From the NCBI GenBank assembly GCA_041742355.1, contig JBGSIV010000057.1, positions 1 through 27,657 of the forward strand: DNA of 27,657 bases, in the 5' to 3' direction. Made by a program: the position numbers and the translations under genes. The notes beneath the pieces are model-generated. The model worked only from the letters and a program-made list of their open reading frames with translations. It had not been told where the DNA came from and did no database searches. Numbering within the stretch: position 1 is the stretch's first letter; the number at the start of each line of letters is the position of its first letter. This stretch comes from Candidatus Zixiibacteriota bacterium. GTDB lineage: Bacteria > Zixibacteria > MSB-5A5 > GN15 > FEB-12. This document shows positions 15,260 through 24,662 of this stretch, piece by piece.

Positions 15260-17773
15260 TCACGGACACGGAACCGGCGCCACGCCGCTTTTGAACAGGA
15301 AATTCACCAGGTAGGTCAGGTCCGATACGTTCGTGCTCGTGTCGCCGTTGATGTTGCCGTGGGACGGACACCCCGGGCCGGCGCTTCCCTTGAACAGGTA
15401 GTTGACCATGAAGGTCAAGTCGCTGACAATGACCTTTGTGTCGCCGTTGACATCCCCCCGCAGGACACAGCAGCAGGCATCGCCGACGCCGTTCAGATCG
15501 GTGTCCTCCTGCCCCGCGTTGCTCACGGCCGGGCAGTTGTCGATATCGCCGCACACCAAGTCGCCATCGATGTCGTTCTCAGCGTCCATCGGGCACGGGT
15601 CGCAGAGATCGCCGATTCCATCCTGATCGGAGTCGGTCTGATCGACATTCGCGATATCAGGGCAGTTGTCACAGGCGTCGCCGAGGCCATCGCTGTCGGT
15701 ATCAGTCTGATCGGCGTTCGCAACTGAAGGGCAGTTGTCGGTCGGGCAGTCATTCTCCGGATTTTCCGGATCCCCGTAGCCGTCCAGGTCGGAATCTACA
15801 CACTGGTAGTCCGGGTCCCTGGCCACGGTCGTGCCCAGCGGCGACCACGCTCCCCACTGGTTCTGCGCATCCATTGCGCGCACGCGGTAGTAGTAGGTTC
15901 CGGCCGGTTTGCTCGTGAACGCATAGCTTGTGTCGGTCAGGGTCGAGGAAACGACGGTCTGGCTGGTGAATCCTTCGACCGGGTAGAAATCATCGACGTA
16001 CAGTCCGGTTCCGAGCACCGCGCCATCGGTGTAGTAGGATACGCGGACAAACACCTTTTGCCCGACATACGCCGCCAGACCGAATTTCGCCTGTATCCAG
16101 CCGCCCGAATTGCCGGTGAAGCCGTTGCCCCGGTTGCTCCCGTTGGGGTTGCTGGTGGTGGTGATGTTTCCCGGGAGCGTCGTGAAGCTCACGCCGTCGG
16201 TCGACACCTCGACATAGCCGTAGTCCCAGTCCGATTCGATGTCGTACCATGCGGAGAACCTGACGCTGTCGCCTGCGACGACCGTGATCGGGTCGAGTGT
16301 CTGGATCCACCGCTGGGAGTTGTTCGCGGCGCCGGAGAAGAAACTCGACGGAGCCGAGGATGACCGCGCGGTCGAGACAGTGAACTGGTTGGAAGAGAGG
16401 CTGGTGAAGTTGTTGGCCGGGTCGATGAACCGCGTGAATCCCTGGAGCTCCTGCAGTTCCCACATCACCGGCGGGTTGAGCGTGTCATCCAAGGCCCAGG
16501 CCACTGTGTACGCGGTCATGTCCACGGTGTCGTCCACAAAGACCGCGGGGGCTGCCGGCGGCATAATCCGGTACGGGTTGTCGGCCACCCGCATGAGGAA
16601 CAGCGCCGGATTGAGGTTTTCAGAGGTCAGTTGGTCGATTCTGGCCGGATCGGGCCAGAAGCCGTCATCCTCGTTCCCTATTTCGATCGTGAAGGCGTAG
16701 TTCTTGTTCTTGAGCGTCTGCTCGCCGTAGCCCCAGTCATCGGTATCGCCATTGGCCGTGTACAGACCGTGGGCCGGCCCGGGGGCGTAGCTGTTGTAGG
16801 CGGCAATCGAGTCGCCCAGGGCGCGGAAGAGCGGCTCCTCCGAGGTGACAAGGTAGTCGTAGCCCCAGGGCCACAGGATCAAGTTGGAGTACGAGTGGAA
16901 GTACAGCGTGAAAACGAATTCGTGCGCGATGATGAAGTCGCGCATCACCTGCGACTCGGGTTCGGAGAACGGTCCGGTGCCTCGGTAGGTGTTGTCGGAC
17001 GGGTTCGGGGATGACCCCAGGTTATCGTAGCCCCATTCGTAGCCGTAGTTCCGATTGAGATCGACTCCGTAGATTCCGCTCCCGTTGTTGCGGCGGTTCT
17101 TGCGCCACATGCCGCCGCCGGTTGGCGCGATCACCTGGTTGTAGTAGTAGCCATCGGGGTTGACCACCGGGACGAACCAGATCTCGCGGGAATCAACAAG
17201 GGCAGTCACGTCCGGGTCGAAACCGTAGTTTTGCGTCAGGTGATCCATGATCCGCAGAACGGTCTCGGGGGTGATGACTTCGCGGGCGTGGATGGCCGAG
17301 GTGATCAGGACTTCCGGTTCGTCGGTTTCGTCGACGGCCGGGTTGTCCGAGATCTTGATCGCGTGCATCGGCCGTCCCTCGATGGTGTAACCGATCACGA
17401 CCTTCTGGGAGACGATGTTGTCGTAGAGGAATATGATGCCGTCGACATAGGTTTCGATTTCGGCCAGTGTCTTGTAGCCCCCCATGTCGCGTTTGCCTAT
17501 GCGTGCCTGGTAGAATTCGACGATGTCTTCGTGCACCACCTCGGTCCGGTAGCCCTGTTCGGAGAGCACGCGGCTCTCGTCGGCGGTGGTGATAATGTCG
17601 AGGTAAGCGGGTCCTTCCCAGACGATGTCGAGGTGCATTTGTTTGAGGGCGAGGGCGTCCCCTTTCTTTTCGAGGTAGACGCGCACCTGTATCTGGGTTT
17701 CGGCGGCGGATGAAATATTGACGGTGAGAAGGAGTATGGTGAGGGCAAAAAGGGCAACCGGGCGGATCGACAT
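15260..17773 (-). CDS. Secreted M14 zinc carboxypeptidase (carboxypeptidase T-like) with InhA/MAM-like beta domain, Fn3-like segment, TSP type-3 repeats and C-terminal dockerin
   Basis: Signal peptide from ATG 17773 (GGAGG SD). HARE, WRKNRR, GVDLNRN, FHSY and IEIG motifs; YDIESDWDYGYVEVS; DNCP..N.DQ.D.D.DG.GD.C repeats; CC..RGDVNGD...SDLTFMVNYLF / GNINGD...SDLTYLVNFLF..G..P.PCP. Confidence 0.93.
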   Translation of the reverse strand: MSIRPVALFALTILLLTVNISSAAETQIQVRVYLEKKGDALALKQMHLDIVWEGPAYLDIITTADESRVLSEQGYRTEVVHEDIVEFYQARIGKRDMGGYKTLAEIETYVDGIIFLYDNIVSQKVVIGYTIEGRPMHAIKISDNPAVDETDEPEVLITSAIHAREVITPETVLRIMDHLTQNYGFDPDVTALVDSREIWFVPVVNPDGYYYNQVIAPTGGGMWRKNRRNNGSGIYGVDLNRNYGYEWGYDNLGSSPNPSDNTYRGTGPFSEPESQVMRDFIIAHEFVFTLYFHSYSNLILWPWGYDYLVTSEEPLFRALGDSIAAYNSYAPGPAHGLYTANGDTDDWGYGEQTLKNKNYAFTIEIGNEDDGFWPDPARIDQLTSENLNPALFLMRVADNPYRIMPPAAPAVFVDDTVDMTAYTVAWALDDTLNPPVMWELQELQGFTRFIDPANNFTSLSSNQFTVSTARSSSAPSSFFSGAANNSQRWIQTLDPITVVAGDSVRFSAWYDIESDWDYGYVEVSTDGVSFTTLPGNITTTSNPNGSNRGNGFTGNSGGWIQAKFGLAAYVGQKVFVRVSYYTDGAVLGTGLYVDDFYPVEGFTSQTVVSSTLTDTSYAFTSKPAGTYYYRVRAMDAQNQWGAWSPLGTTVARDPDYQCVDSDLDGYGDPENPENDCPTDNCPSVANADQTDTDSDGLGDACDNCPDIANVDQTDSDQDGIGDLCDPCPMDAENDIDGDLVCGDIDNCPAVSNAGQEDTDLNGVGDACCCVLRGDVNGDTKVIVSDLTFMVNYLFKGSAGPGCPSHGNINGDTSTNVSDLTYLVNFLFKSGVAPVPCP

Positions 17774-17813
17774 GAAGACCTCCAGGGACAGCGGATCGAA
17801 GTAGTATAGGGGC

Positions 17814-17841
17814 AATATAGCCGGAATCCCGGTTTGGGCAA
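17814..17841 (-). promoter_or_regulatory. Putative sigma70 promoter for the carboxypeptidase gene
   Basis: TTGCCC-N16-TATATT. Confidence 0.4.
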
Positions 17842-17943
17842 CACGATTATGCCCGGTGGGCGGATCGGAGATTGTGCGCTGCGCACTATCTGTCAGGTGT
17901 ATAACAGACAAGAACTGTCCGAACAAACCGGAGGATCGCTGCT

Positions 17944-18411
17944 ATGATTAAGCCCATGGTGCTCTTCGTCGTTGCGCTGGCGGCCCTGAGTGTCGTCTAC
18001 GCTACTTCGGCCGGCGAGAAAACCGACCCCATGCGCCAGAGCCTCGGCGAGGAGGAGTACCGCGCCTGCGGCCTCGATCAGCTTTCCAGTGAACAGGCCG
18101 ACCGCCTCTACCGGCATGTTCGCCCCGGCTCTTCCCGCTCTTACCTTTCCGAGTCAGCCCAGCGCTACATGGAGTCAAATGGCTGGCAGCAGATTGAGGT
18201 TTTGGGAGTGCGCGAGGTCGAGGATCGCATCTCCTCCGAGATCTTCCTTGTCATCAATGACAACTACGAGATCCTCTTTCTCGATCCCTGGGGTGGCGAG
18301 GACAACCTCCCGTCGCCCGGCATTTACTGGGCCAAAAACTCGCTTTCGTCGTGGGAGATTCTGATGCCCGATGGCAAGGACCGGGACTTCCTGGCGAAAG
18401 ATCTGGATTGA
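17944..18411 (+). CDS. Hypothetical secreted protein
   Basis: GGAGG SD at 17930-17934; signal peptide MIKPMVLFVVALAALSVVYA; EEYRACGLDQLSSEQ helical motif. Confidence 0.75.
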   Translation: MIKPMVLFVVALAALSVVYATSAGEKTDPMRQSLGEEEYRACGLDQLSSEQADRLYRHVRPGSSRSYLSESAQRYMESNGWQQIEVLGVREVEDRISSEIFLVINDNYEILFLDPWGGEDNLPSPGIYWAKNSLSSWEILMPDGKDRDFLAKDLD

Positions 18412-18474
18412 TGAAGAAATCTTGATTCCTCGGTTTTAAGTCAGCCTTGCGTGTTTGGCTGATGTGTTGGCTCC

Positions 18475-18738
18475 GTCAAGCACCGAAACCGGTGCTTGAC
18501 CTACCGCTAAATCAAAGGTCAAACGCGGCTCGGCGTGTTTGGCTTGTCGATAGGAACGGTCTGGCGGAGTCATCATTGGGAGGCGCTAAGGCAATCTATG
18601 GTTTGATCAAGCCGCTGGTACGAAGAGAGATTGCTTCGTCCCCCGGCCTTCGCCGGGGTCCCCGCAAGGAGTGTCGGTAGTCGCATACGGATTTTTGCAG
18701 CAGGCCAGAAGGCGGGAGTCTGGGGACTCCCGCCCTAC
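18475..18738 (-). repeat. Second REP cluster between convergent genes
   Basis: Minus strand GTAG-GTCAAGCACCG-GTTT-CGGTGCTTGAC (18504-18475) and GTAG-GGCGGGAGTC-CCCA-GACTCCCGCC (18738-18711). A degenerate GGCAATCT...GAGATTGCTTCG...CGCAAGGA element of CGTC-REP style lies at about 18569-18670. Confidence 0.75.
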
Positions 18739-18744
18739 AGGTTG

Positions 18745-19953
18745 TCATTCAGTCGGGAGCGGGGATCCGTGGCGGTCCCCGTCATCGGTCACCACTTTCG
18801 GTACGGGTTTGCCGGTCAGTTCCTCGTACACTTTCTCCGCGTAGCGATCGGTCATGCCCGCCAGGTAATCGGTCACGACTATCTCTTTCTCCTCGGTGAG
18901 GAGCATCTCGCGGAAGCGGTCGGGGAGGCGCGAGGGGTCGCTCATCAGGCGGGAGAAGATCTCTTCCAAGAGGCCGCGCGACCGCGCGGCCATCGCCAGC
19001 AGCTTCGGGTGGCGGTACAGCCGCGCATACAGGAACTGCTTCAGCGGTACGATGATCTCCCGGACCTCCGGTGTGTACCCCACCAGCTTCTCTTTTGATT
19101 TGCGGACATCGCCGAGGCTCTGGATGCCGTGTTTCTGGATCTGGTTGCGGGTGTGCTTCATGACGTCGGTAGCGGCCAGGTCGATCGTGCGCCGCACCAG
19201 CGTGTATCGCTGCTGATCCAGGTGCCCGGTGGCGAACGCCTTGTCATTATCGAGATCCAACGCCTTCCAGAGCGGCTCCCTGCGGACATCGTCGAATGCC
19301 AGCAGGCCAGAAGACAATCCGTCGTCGAGGTCGTGGGCGTTGTAGGCGATTTCATCGGCGACATCGACCAGCGCGGCCTCGAGGGTCGGGTGAACGTGAT
19401 CGTCGAATTCCGGCAGTTTGTGATCCCAGGAGGTTTCGTGTTTGACGATTCCTTCGCGGACCTCGTAGGTGAGGTTCAGTCCAGGGTGTTCGGGGTAGCG
19501 CTGCTCGAGCAGATCAACCACGCGCAGGGTCTGGCGGTTGTGGTTGAATCCGCCGAAGGCTTCGAGCAACCCGGCCATCGCGTCTTCGCCCGAGTGGCCG
19601 AAGGGGGTATGGCCGAGGTCGTGCACGAGCGCGATTGCCTCGGCGAGATCCTCGTTGAGCCGGAGGTTGCGGGCGAGGGTACGGGCGATCTGGGCGACTT
19701 CGATGGTGTGGGTCAAGCGGGTGCGGAAGTGATCGCGTTCGTGCGGGATGAACACCTGGGTTTTGTACTCAAGGCGGCGGAAAGCGGAGGAGTGTACGAT
19801 TCGGTCGCGATCCCGCTGGAACGCGGTTCGGAGTTCGTGCTCTCTGGTCGGGAACCGTCGTCCCTGCGACTCCGCGGCCAGCGCCGCATAGGAAGCCAGC
19901 ATCGCCCGCTCGCGCACCTCGATCTCTTCGCGTGTCAGAAACACATCGGTCAT
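18745..19953 (-). CDS. dgt: Deoxyguanosinetriphosphate triphosphohydrolase (HD-domain dNTPase)
   Basis: FQRDRDRIVHSSAFRRLEYKTQV, RTRLTHT, HDLGHTPFGHSGE, ADEIAY..HDLDD and DYLAGMTDRYA motifs. Start at ATG 19953. Confidence 0.95.
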   Translation of the reverse strand: MTDVFLTREEIEVRERAMLASYAALAAESQGRRFPTREHELRTAFQRDRDRIVHSSAFRRLEYKTQVFIPHERDHFRTRLTHTIEVAQIARTLARNLRLNEDLAEAIALVHDLGHTPFGHSGEDAMAGLLEAFGGFNHNRQTLRVVDLLEQRYPEHPGLNLTYEVREGIVKHETSWDHKLPEFDDHVHPTLEAALVDVADEIAYNAHDLDDGLSSGLLAFDDVRREPLWKALDLDNDKAFATGHLDQQRYTLVRRTIDLAATDVMKHTRNQIQKHGIQSLGDVRKSKEKLVGYTPEVREIIVPLKQFLYARLYRHPKLLAMAARSRGLLEEIFSRLMSDPSRLPDRFREMLLTEEKEIVVTDYLAGMTDRYAEKVYEELTGKPVPKVVTDDGDRHGSPLPTE

Positions 19954-19954
19954 G

Positions 19955-20770
19955 CTACCGCCTTCCACCTGAACCGTACCCCACCGAGAGCGCGTGTGTC
20001 AAACCGAGCACCGGGTGGTACGAGGCCGCATAGGTCACCCGCGCATTCCCCTGCATGATATCGAATCCCGCGCCCCAGGTCAACGGATCCGTCGCGACCC
20101 CCCAGAAAACGGCCGCCTCGCGGAGCAGCTCAAAGCGTTGCCCTAGCCCGAACCGCGGGGTCTGCTCTTCTTCGAAGACCGCACTGCCTGTCAACTGATA
20201 CGCACCCTCTCCCTGCCATTCGGCATAGAGGCTGGTTGTTCTGCCGTAGAGGATCCCTCCGTCATACAACCTTGGGCGCGTCAGATTGTCCCCCACCAGC
20301 GCGACATGAAGCCGGTCGATCCGATACGACAGAGAGAAACCCATGGTCGTTGCGTTTAAGCCCCGGTACCCCCCGCCGAACCGCAGCCACAGTCCGGACC
20401 AGGTCAGTCCGGCACCGAGTCGACCGAATTGGTAACCGAGCGTCCCGCGCACGGTGGTTTCGGCATACAAGTCGGCATTTCCGAACTGGCCCACGCCGAG
20501 CGCAAGACTTACCTGTCGGCTTCGGTATGCAGCGGCCGCCACGACATCATCGAGATCTCCCAGATCGAACCGCCGGACGCCTCCGGCCTCCACACTCCAT
20601 GTCCGATCCGAGGTCATGGGCGTAGGTACCCGGAGCGCGGTCAACGCACTCCCGTCAGAGAGCAGCAGGGTGCGCCCCATTCCCTGCTCCCGCGCGGTCA
20701 GGAGGTCGAAGGCCGGCGTTTGCGACACCGACAGGAGCACGGCGGCTGCTGCCAGGATAATTCTGTTCAT
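19955..20770 (-). CDS. Outer-membrane beta-barrel, PorV/PorQ-like
   Basis: Signal peptide from ATG 20770 (ATGA overlap); AREQGMG N-terminal motif; amphipathic strands; C-terminal YHPVLGLTHALSVGY. Confidence 0.6.
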   Translation of the reverse strand: MNRIILAAAAVLLSVSQTPAFDLLTAREQGMGRTLLLSDGSALTALRVPTPMTSDRTWSVEAGGVRRFDLGDLDDVVAAAAYRSRQVSLALGVGQFGNADLYAETTVRGTLGYQFGRLGAGLTWSGLWLRFGGGYRGLNATTMGFSLSYRIDRLHVALVGDNLTRPRLYDGGILYGRTTSLYAEWQGEGAYQLTGSAVFEEEQTPRFGLGQRFELLREAAVFWGVATDPLTWGAGFDIMQGNARVTYAASYHPVLGLTHALSVGYGSGGRR

Positions 20771-21582
20771 CGCGCGATCACCACCGTTTCGACCGCCTCG
20801 TCGCCTAATCCGCTTTCGACATGGACGATGTAGATGCCCACCGGCAGCCGCTCGCCTGATTGGGACTCTCCCCGCCAGACATACTGCTCCTCCCATCCCC
20901 CGGCCGCGATGGCAAGCTCCCACACCTTTCGCCCCTCGCGGTCAAATACTTCGATTGTGTAGCTGTTATCCGAATCCGCGCGGATCTCAATCGAGGTCGA
21001 ATCTTCAACGCCGTCGCCATCGGGCGAAAACACTCTCGGGCTCACGACGACTCGGAATCCACTCCCGAAAAATGCCGGTCGCAGTTCATTCGCCGCCCCG
21101 GGTGTTCCCCCCTCGGATTTCGACTGCGCCCAGCCGGATAGATCTGACGGGTCGCGGCTCCAGGTCATGTTGGCGGCGAACACCGCAGCGTATCCGAATC
21201 GATCGACTTCGGCTCCGCCGGTGTCGATCAGCCGCACGGTGTCGCCGGTGTTGTTGAGGGCCGGCCATGAGGCCGGCTCCACCACCAGGATCGACTGATC
21301 CCCATAGAAGGCACGGAAGGCGGCCGAGTCCTGCGCCAGGACGACAAATCCGTTCGGCGGCACAACGAAGCTCCCGCTCGTGATAGTCACTTCCCGCAGG
21401 GCATCCCCGAACGTCCACCCGATCAGATCCACGGCCGTGTCGGCGTCGTTGACCAGCTCGACCCATTCCGATCCGGCCAGTTCGGTCGGGTTAGCCAACA
21501 CCTCGTTGATCCGGAGCGGTTCGGCCGCGGCGGTGATTCCGACGGCGGCCACCGCGAGGAGTGACGCCAGCGTGCCGGTCAC
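20767..21582 (-). CDS. Lamin-tail-domain protein with C-terminal FlgD/gliding-motility (T9SS-type) CTD
   Basis: LRINEVLANP....SEWVELVN...VDLIGWTFGD, LNNTGDTVRL and GTPGAAN (LTD); FSPDGDGVED...IEVFDREGR...WRGE..SGERLPVGIYIV (CTD). Confidence 0.85.
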   Translation of the reverse strand: MTGTLASLLAVAAVGITAAAEPLRINEVLANPTELAGSEWVELVNDADTAVDLIGWTFGDALREVTITSGSFVVPPNGFVVLAQDSAAFRAFYGDQSILVVEPASWPALNNTGDTVRLIDTGGAEVDRFGYAAVFAANMTWSRDPSDLSGWAQSKSEGGTPGAANELRPAFFGSGFRVVVSPRVFSPDGDGVEDSTSIEIRADSDNSYTIEVFDREGRKVWELAIAAGGWEEQYVWRGESQSGERLPVGIYIVHVESGLGDEAVETVVIAR

Positions 21583-23207
21583 AGGTCTACCCGCACTTCG
21601 ACAGCCACCGTGGTCGTGTGGCGTTCGTTCGAATTACGGCTGTACCGGTGCGCGATTTTCAGCGCGGCTTCCGTTCCAGTGCGCAGCGACTGTGCGCAGC
21701 GCACGTACCCGTAGGTGTAATCCAGTTGTCCCCGATCCATCGCAATCCTCCCCAGGTTCATCCACAGTTCGAATTTTCCGAGCCGGGCTGTGCCGCAGCG
21801 CACCCGCGCGAAGACGGTCCAGTAATCATGGGAGCCGTCACTTATCGTGTGCCCCACATAACCGCGTACGGCAAGGCGCTGATCATCCCAGCGCCCCTCG
21901 ATTCGCACGCGCCGCGTGATGTCTTCGTCGTCGGCCGATCCATCTGCGCGGCGCGTCAGCCGTGCCTGCATGTCTCCCCTGATCTGTCCGTGTTTCCCCA
22001 GTTCCCGGGTCACTGCCGCGAGCACTTCGGCGCGGGAGGTGTCTTTTCCGAAGGCCGAGAATAATCCTGCAGCCTCGAGTTGCACGCCCGCTCCGAGCGG
22101 CATCGTTGTGCGCATCATGCCTCCGGCCGACCCGGTCCGTTTCGTTCGCCAGTAGAAGCCAACCTCACCGAGGCTATCACCGGTCGACAACGCCCCTGTT
22201 CTGCTTCCTCCGGCCAGATCGAGATAGCGTGGGGAGTACCACCATCCTGCGTACTTCACCTGCGGCCCCTCCATCCGGTGTGTTCCCTCCGCCACAACCC
22301 CGGCTATCCCGGCGCGCGCTCCGGCCTGAGCTGTCATTTCGATTGCGGCTTCGCCGTTTCGATATCGACCGGCCGCGAGTGCGCCGATCTTCGCGTCGGT
22401 CAGGGTCTCCGCGGTCGTTCGGTTCTTCAGTCGGTTCAACCCCACAATCGCCGCCACCCGTGCGCGGCCCAGTTTCCGCTCCACCATACCTGCAACGGTC
22501 ATTAGTCCATTGGCACTGTCCCGGTGAAGCGAGCCGATTCCCTGCACCAGGTACTGCCCTTCGGCCAGACGCACATATGTCCCGTTCTGTCCGCCGTAGT
22601 CGGGATACAGCGCCGATTCGCCGTCGAGTCGATCCGTGCAATCGAGAATTCTCCCCCGGTATCCAAGCACCGTTCCCAGGCCCAATCGGCGGGAGAAGGA
22701 TCCCACGGTCACCTCACGGACAAGTCCGCGGTTCACCGCGTACCGCACAGACCGTCCCACCAGCCGCTCCCGGCCGGAGACGCTCCGGTCGAACGCCAGC
22801 GACAGGTCGATATGTTCAATGGGAAAAAGATGAATCCGCGTGCGATAGCTCCCCCGCTCCGTGTCGTCGAGCTCGCGGGCATATCGGTACTGGATCTCTC
22901 CATACCGCCTCATGGGCAGACCTCTCCCCGCAAATGCTTCAGCCTGCTCCGAGGCGAGCCGGGATTGGGCGGTCTGCCGCCCGTCCGAACCTGGGATCTC
23001 GTCAAACAGGTGGACTGTGCTCGAGTCGATCCCCTCCCGCAGAATCTCCAGGAGAATCAGGTATCGCTCCTGGTCGATATCGCCCCGCCGCAAGGCCTCC
23101 AGCAGTTCGTCCTCCGACGGGTACACGTCGGTGGACAGATCCTGGGCCCATCCCCATGTACCCGCCGCCAGGACGATCGCCAGGACCATCCCGACAGTTC
23201 GTACCAC
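21579..23207 (-). CDS. Exported protein with vestigial helix-hairpin-helix N-terminus and beta-barrel-like body (FCB ComEA-like family)
   Basis: Signal peptide; LLEILREGIDSST...DEIPG resembles L..L...PIDLN.A...L..IPG; VGSFSRRLGLGTVL; alternating C-terminal strand VAVEVRVDL. Confidence 0.5.
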   Translation of the reverse strand: MVRTVGMVLAIVLAAGTWGWAQDLSTDVYPSEDELLEALRRGDIDQERYLILLEILREGIDSSTVHLFDEIPGSDGRQTAQSRLASEQAEAFAGRGLPMRRYGEIQYRYARELDDTERGSYRTRIHLFPIEHIDLSLAFDRSVSGRERLVGRSVRYAVNRGLVREVTVGSFSRRLGLGTVLGYRGRILDCTDRLDGESALYPDYGGQNGTYVRLAEGQYLVQGIGSLHRDSANGLMTVAGMVERKLGRARVAAIVGLNRLKNRTTAETLTDAKIGALAAGRYRNGEAAIEMTAQAGARAGIAGVVAEGTHRMEGPQVKYAGWWYSPRYLDLAGGSRTGALSTGDSLGEVGFYWRTKRTGSAGGMMRTTMPLGAGVQLEAAGLFSAFGKDTSRAEVLAAVTRELGKHGQIRGDMQARLTRRADGSADDEDITRRVRIEGRWDDQRLAVRGYVGHTISDGSHDYWTVFARVRCGTARLGKFELWMNLGRIAMDRGQLDYTYGYVRCAQSLRTGTEAALKIAHRYSRNSNERHTTTVAVEVRVDL

Positions 23208-24662
23208 TTAGCTCAGATCATACTTCTTGAGCTTCCGGTAGAGCGTGCGCTCCCCTATCCCCAGCCGTCGCGCGGCTTCTTTGCGATTGCCGCCGGTTTC
23301 CTGGAGGGTCTGACGGATCATGCGCTCCTCGATCTCCTCCATGGTTGCCCCGGTGGAGAACGACGATTGTGCGTGCGCGCCGTCCGCCTCCGCCGCATCG
23401 GTCGGCAGATTCGCCGTGATCAGATCCCGCAGCAAGCGCACCTCGGCGCCCAGCTGGAGAATTGCCCGGTAGATTAACTCCTGTCCCGCCTCTTCGACCG
23501 TCTTGCCGGTCGACACCGGCAGGTGTTTCAGCGTTGCGTGCTGCTCCGTGATATACCGCTCGACATCCTCGACCTCGACCGTCCCGCGCCCTTTCAGGAC
23601 CCGCATGCGATCGGCGAAGTTCTTCAGTTGCCGAACATTGCCCGACCAGTCGTATTTCATCAGAAGATCGAGTGCCGCGTCCGTGTAGTCAAGCTCTTTC
23701 CCCTCGTGCCAGAAGTGCTGCAGGAGCGCCTCGATGTCCTGTTTCCGCTCGTACAGCGCCGGCAGCACGATCTTCACTACCCCGATTCGGAAATACAGAT
23801 CCTCCCGGAACATCCGTTCGTTGATCGCCTCGGTGAGGTCGCGGTTGGTCGCCGCGATTACCCGGACGTTCACGCGGCGGGCGGTCGACGATCCCACCGA
23901 GTAGAAGGTCCCGTCCTCGAGCACCCGGAGGAGTTTGACCTGCATGTCGGGTTTGGTCTCACCGATTTCGTCGAGGAAGATTGTCCCGCCGTCGGCGCGC
24001 GCGAAGAGTCCCTCGCGCTTGGAGATCGAGCCGGTGAAGGCTCCTTTTTCGTGCCCGAACAATTCGCTCTCGAGCACGCCCTCGGCCAGCGCGCCGCAGT
24101 TGACCGCCACGTACGGGCGGTCCTTGCGGAGCGAGCCGGTGTGGATCGCCCGCGCCACCAGTTCCTTGCCGGTCCCCGAGGCTCCCACGACGAGCACCGC
24201 CACATCGGTGGGAGCGATCCGCTCGATGGTCTCCGCCACGATTTTCATCTGGGGCGACCGGCCGACCATGCCGAAGTGATCCAGCAATCCCTTGCCATGG
24301 AATACGTGGGCGATCTTTTGCTCGATCCCCTCCTGGCCCAGGCCAATCGGCAATCGGCCGTCGATGAAGTCCAACTCGTACGGCACCGAGTCGCGATCGT
24401 GGGTGAGCAGCCAGATTTCGGTCAGGCCGTTCTGGCGCCGCACGCGGCGGGCCACGGGCCGTTTCAGATCGGTCCGGCTGTCATCGACGAGGACGAGGTC
24501 GACGCGGCGCTCGCGCACGATCGTGTACAGGTCGGCCAGTTCGGTCACGACCTGGCCGATTGTGGTCCAGTCGATTTGGCCGGACTCGACCGTCTCTTTC
24601 TGGAGGAGCACAACCGTCCGGTTCACGCGTGTCTGCGGTGGCACCGCCGGAAACACCGTCAT
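23208..24662 (-). CDS. Sigma54-dependent Fis-family transcriptional activator (bEBP) with atypical receiver-like N-terminus
   Basis: GASGTGKE, ESELFGHEKGAFTGS, IFLDEIGE, FREDLYFRI, WSGNVRQL and HTH GNRKEAARRLGIGERTLYRKL. Start at ATG 24662 (ATGA overlap with rnr). Confidence 0.93.
   Translation of the reverse strand: MTVFPAVPPQTRVNRTVVLLQKETVESGQIDWTTIGQVVTELADLYTIVRERRVDLVLVDDSRTDLKRPVARRVRRQNGLTEIWLLTHDRDSVPYELDFIDGRLPIGLGQEGIEQKIAHVFHGKGLLDHFGMVGRSPQMKIVAETIERIAPTDVAVLVVGASGTGKELVARAIHTGSLRKDRPYVAVNCGALAEGVLESELFGHEKGAFTGSISKREGLFARADGGTIFLDEIGETKPDMQVKLLRVLEDGTFYSVGSSTARRVNVRVIAATNRDLTEAINERMFREDLYFRIGVVKIVLPALYERKQDIEALLQHFWHEGKELDYTDAALDLLMKYDWSGNVRQLKNFADRMRVLKGRGTVEVEDVERYITEQHATLKHLPVSTGKTVEEAGQELIYRAILQLGAEVRLLRDLITANLPTDAAEADGAHAQSSFSTGATMEEIEERMIRQTLQETGGNRKEAARRLGIGERTLYRKLKKYDLS

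Noticed and set aside
14653..15727. Repeat-derived ORFs ((RRGL)n, (RRRP)n, (DADH/DVDH)n, and a start-less (SWSA/T)n frame) as a RiPP/graspetide precursor for the ATP-grasp/GNAT/C39 operon
   Set aside because: No convincing SD or leader peptide; several frames are open only because the 12- and 84-bp units are multiples of 3; the array is in register with a non-coding REP. The His/Asp-rich frame from ATG 14894 cannot be fully excluded without Ribo-seq.
17774..17926. N-terminal extensions in the ORF track (also 690-749, 3822-3881, 8166-8195, 11500-11607, 12126-12308, 20771-20923, 24663-24746)
   Set aside because: Downstream ATGs have SD sequences, signal peptides, stop/start overlaps or promoters that define better starts.
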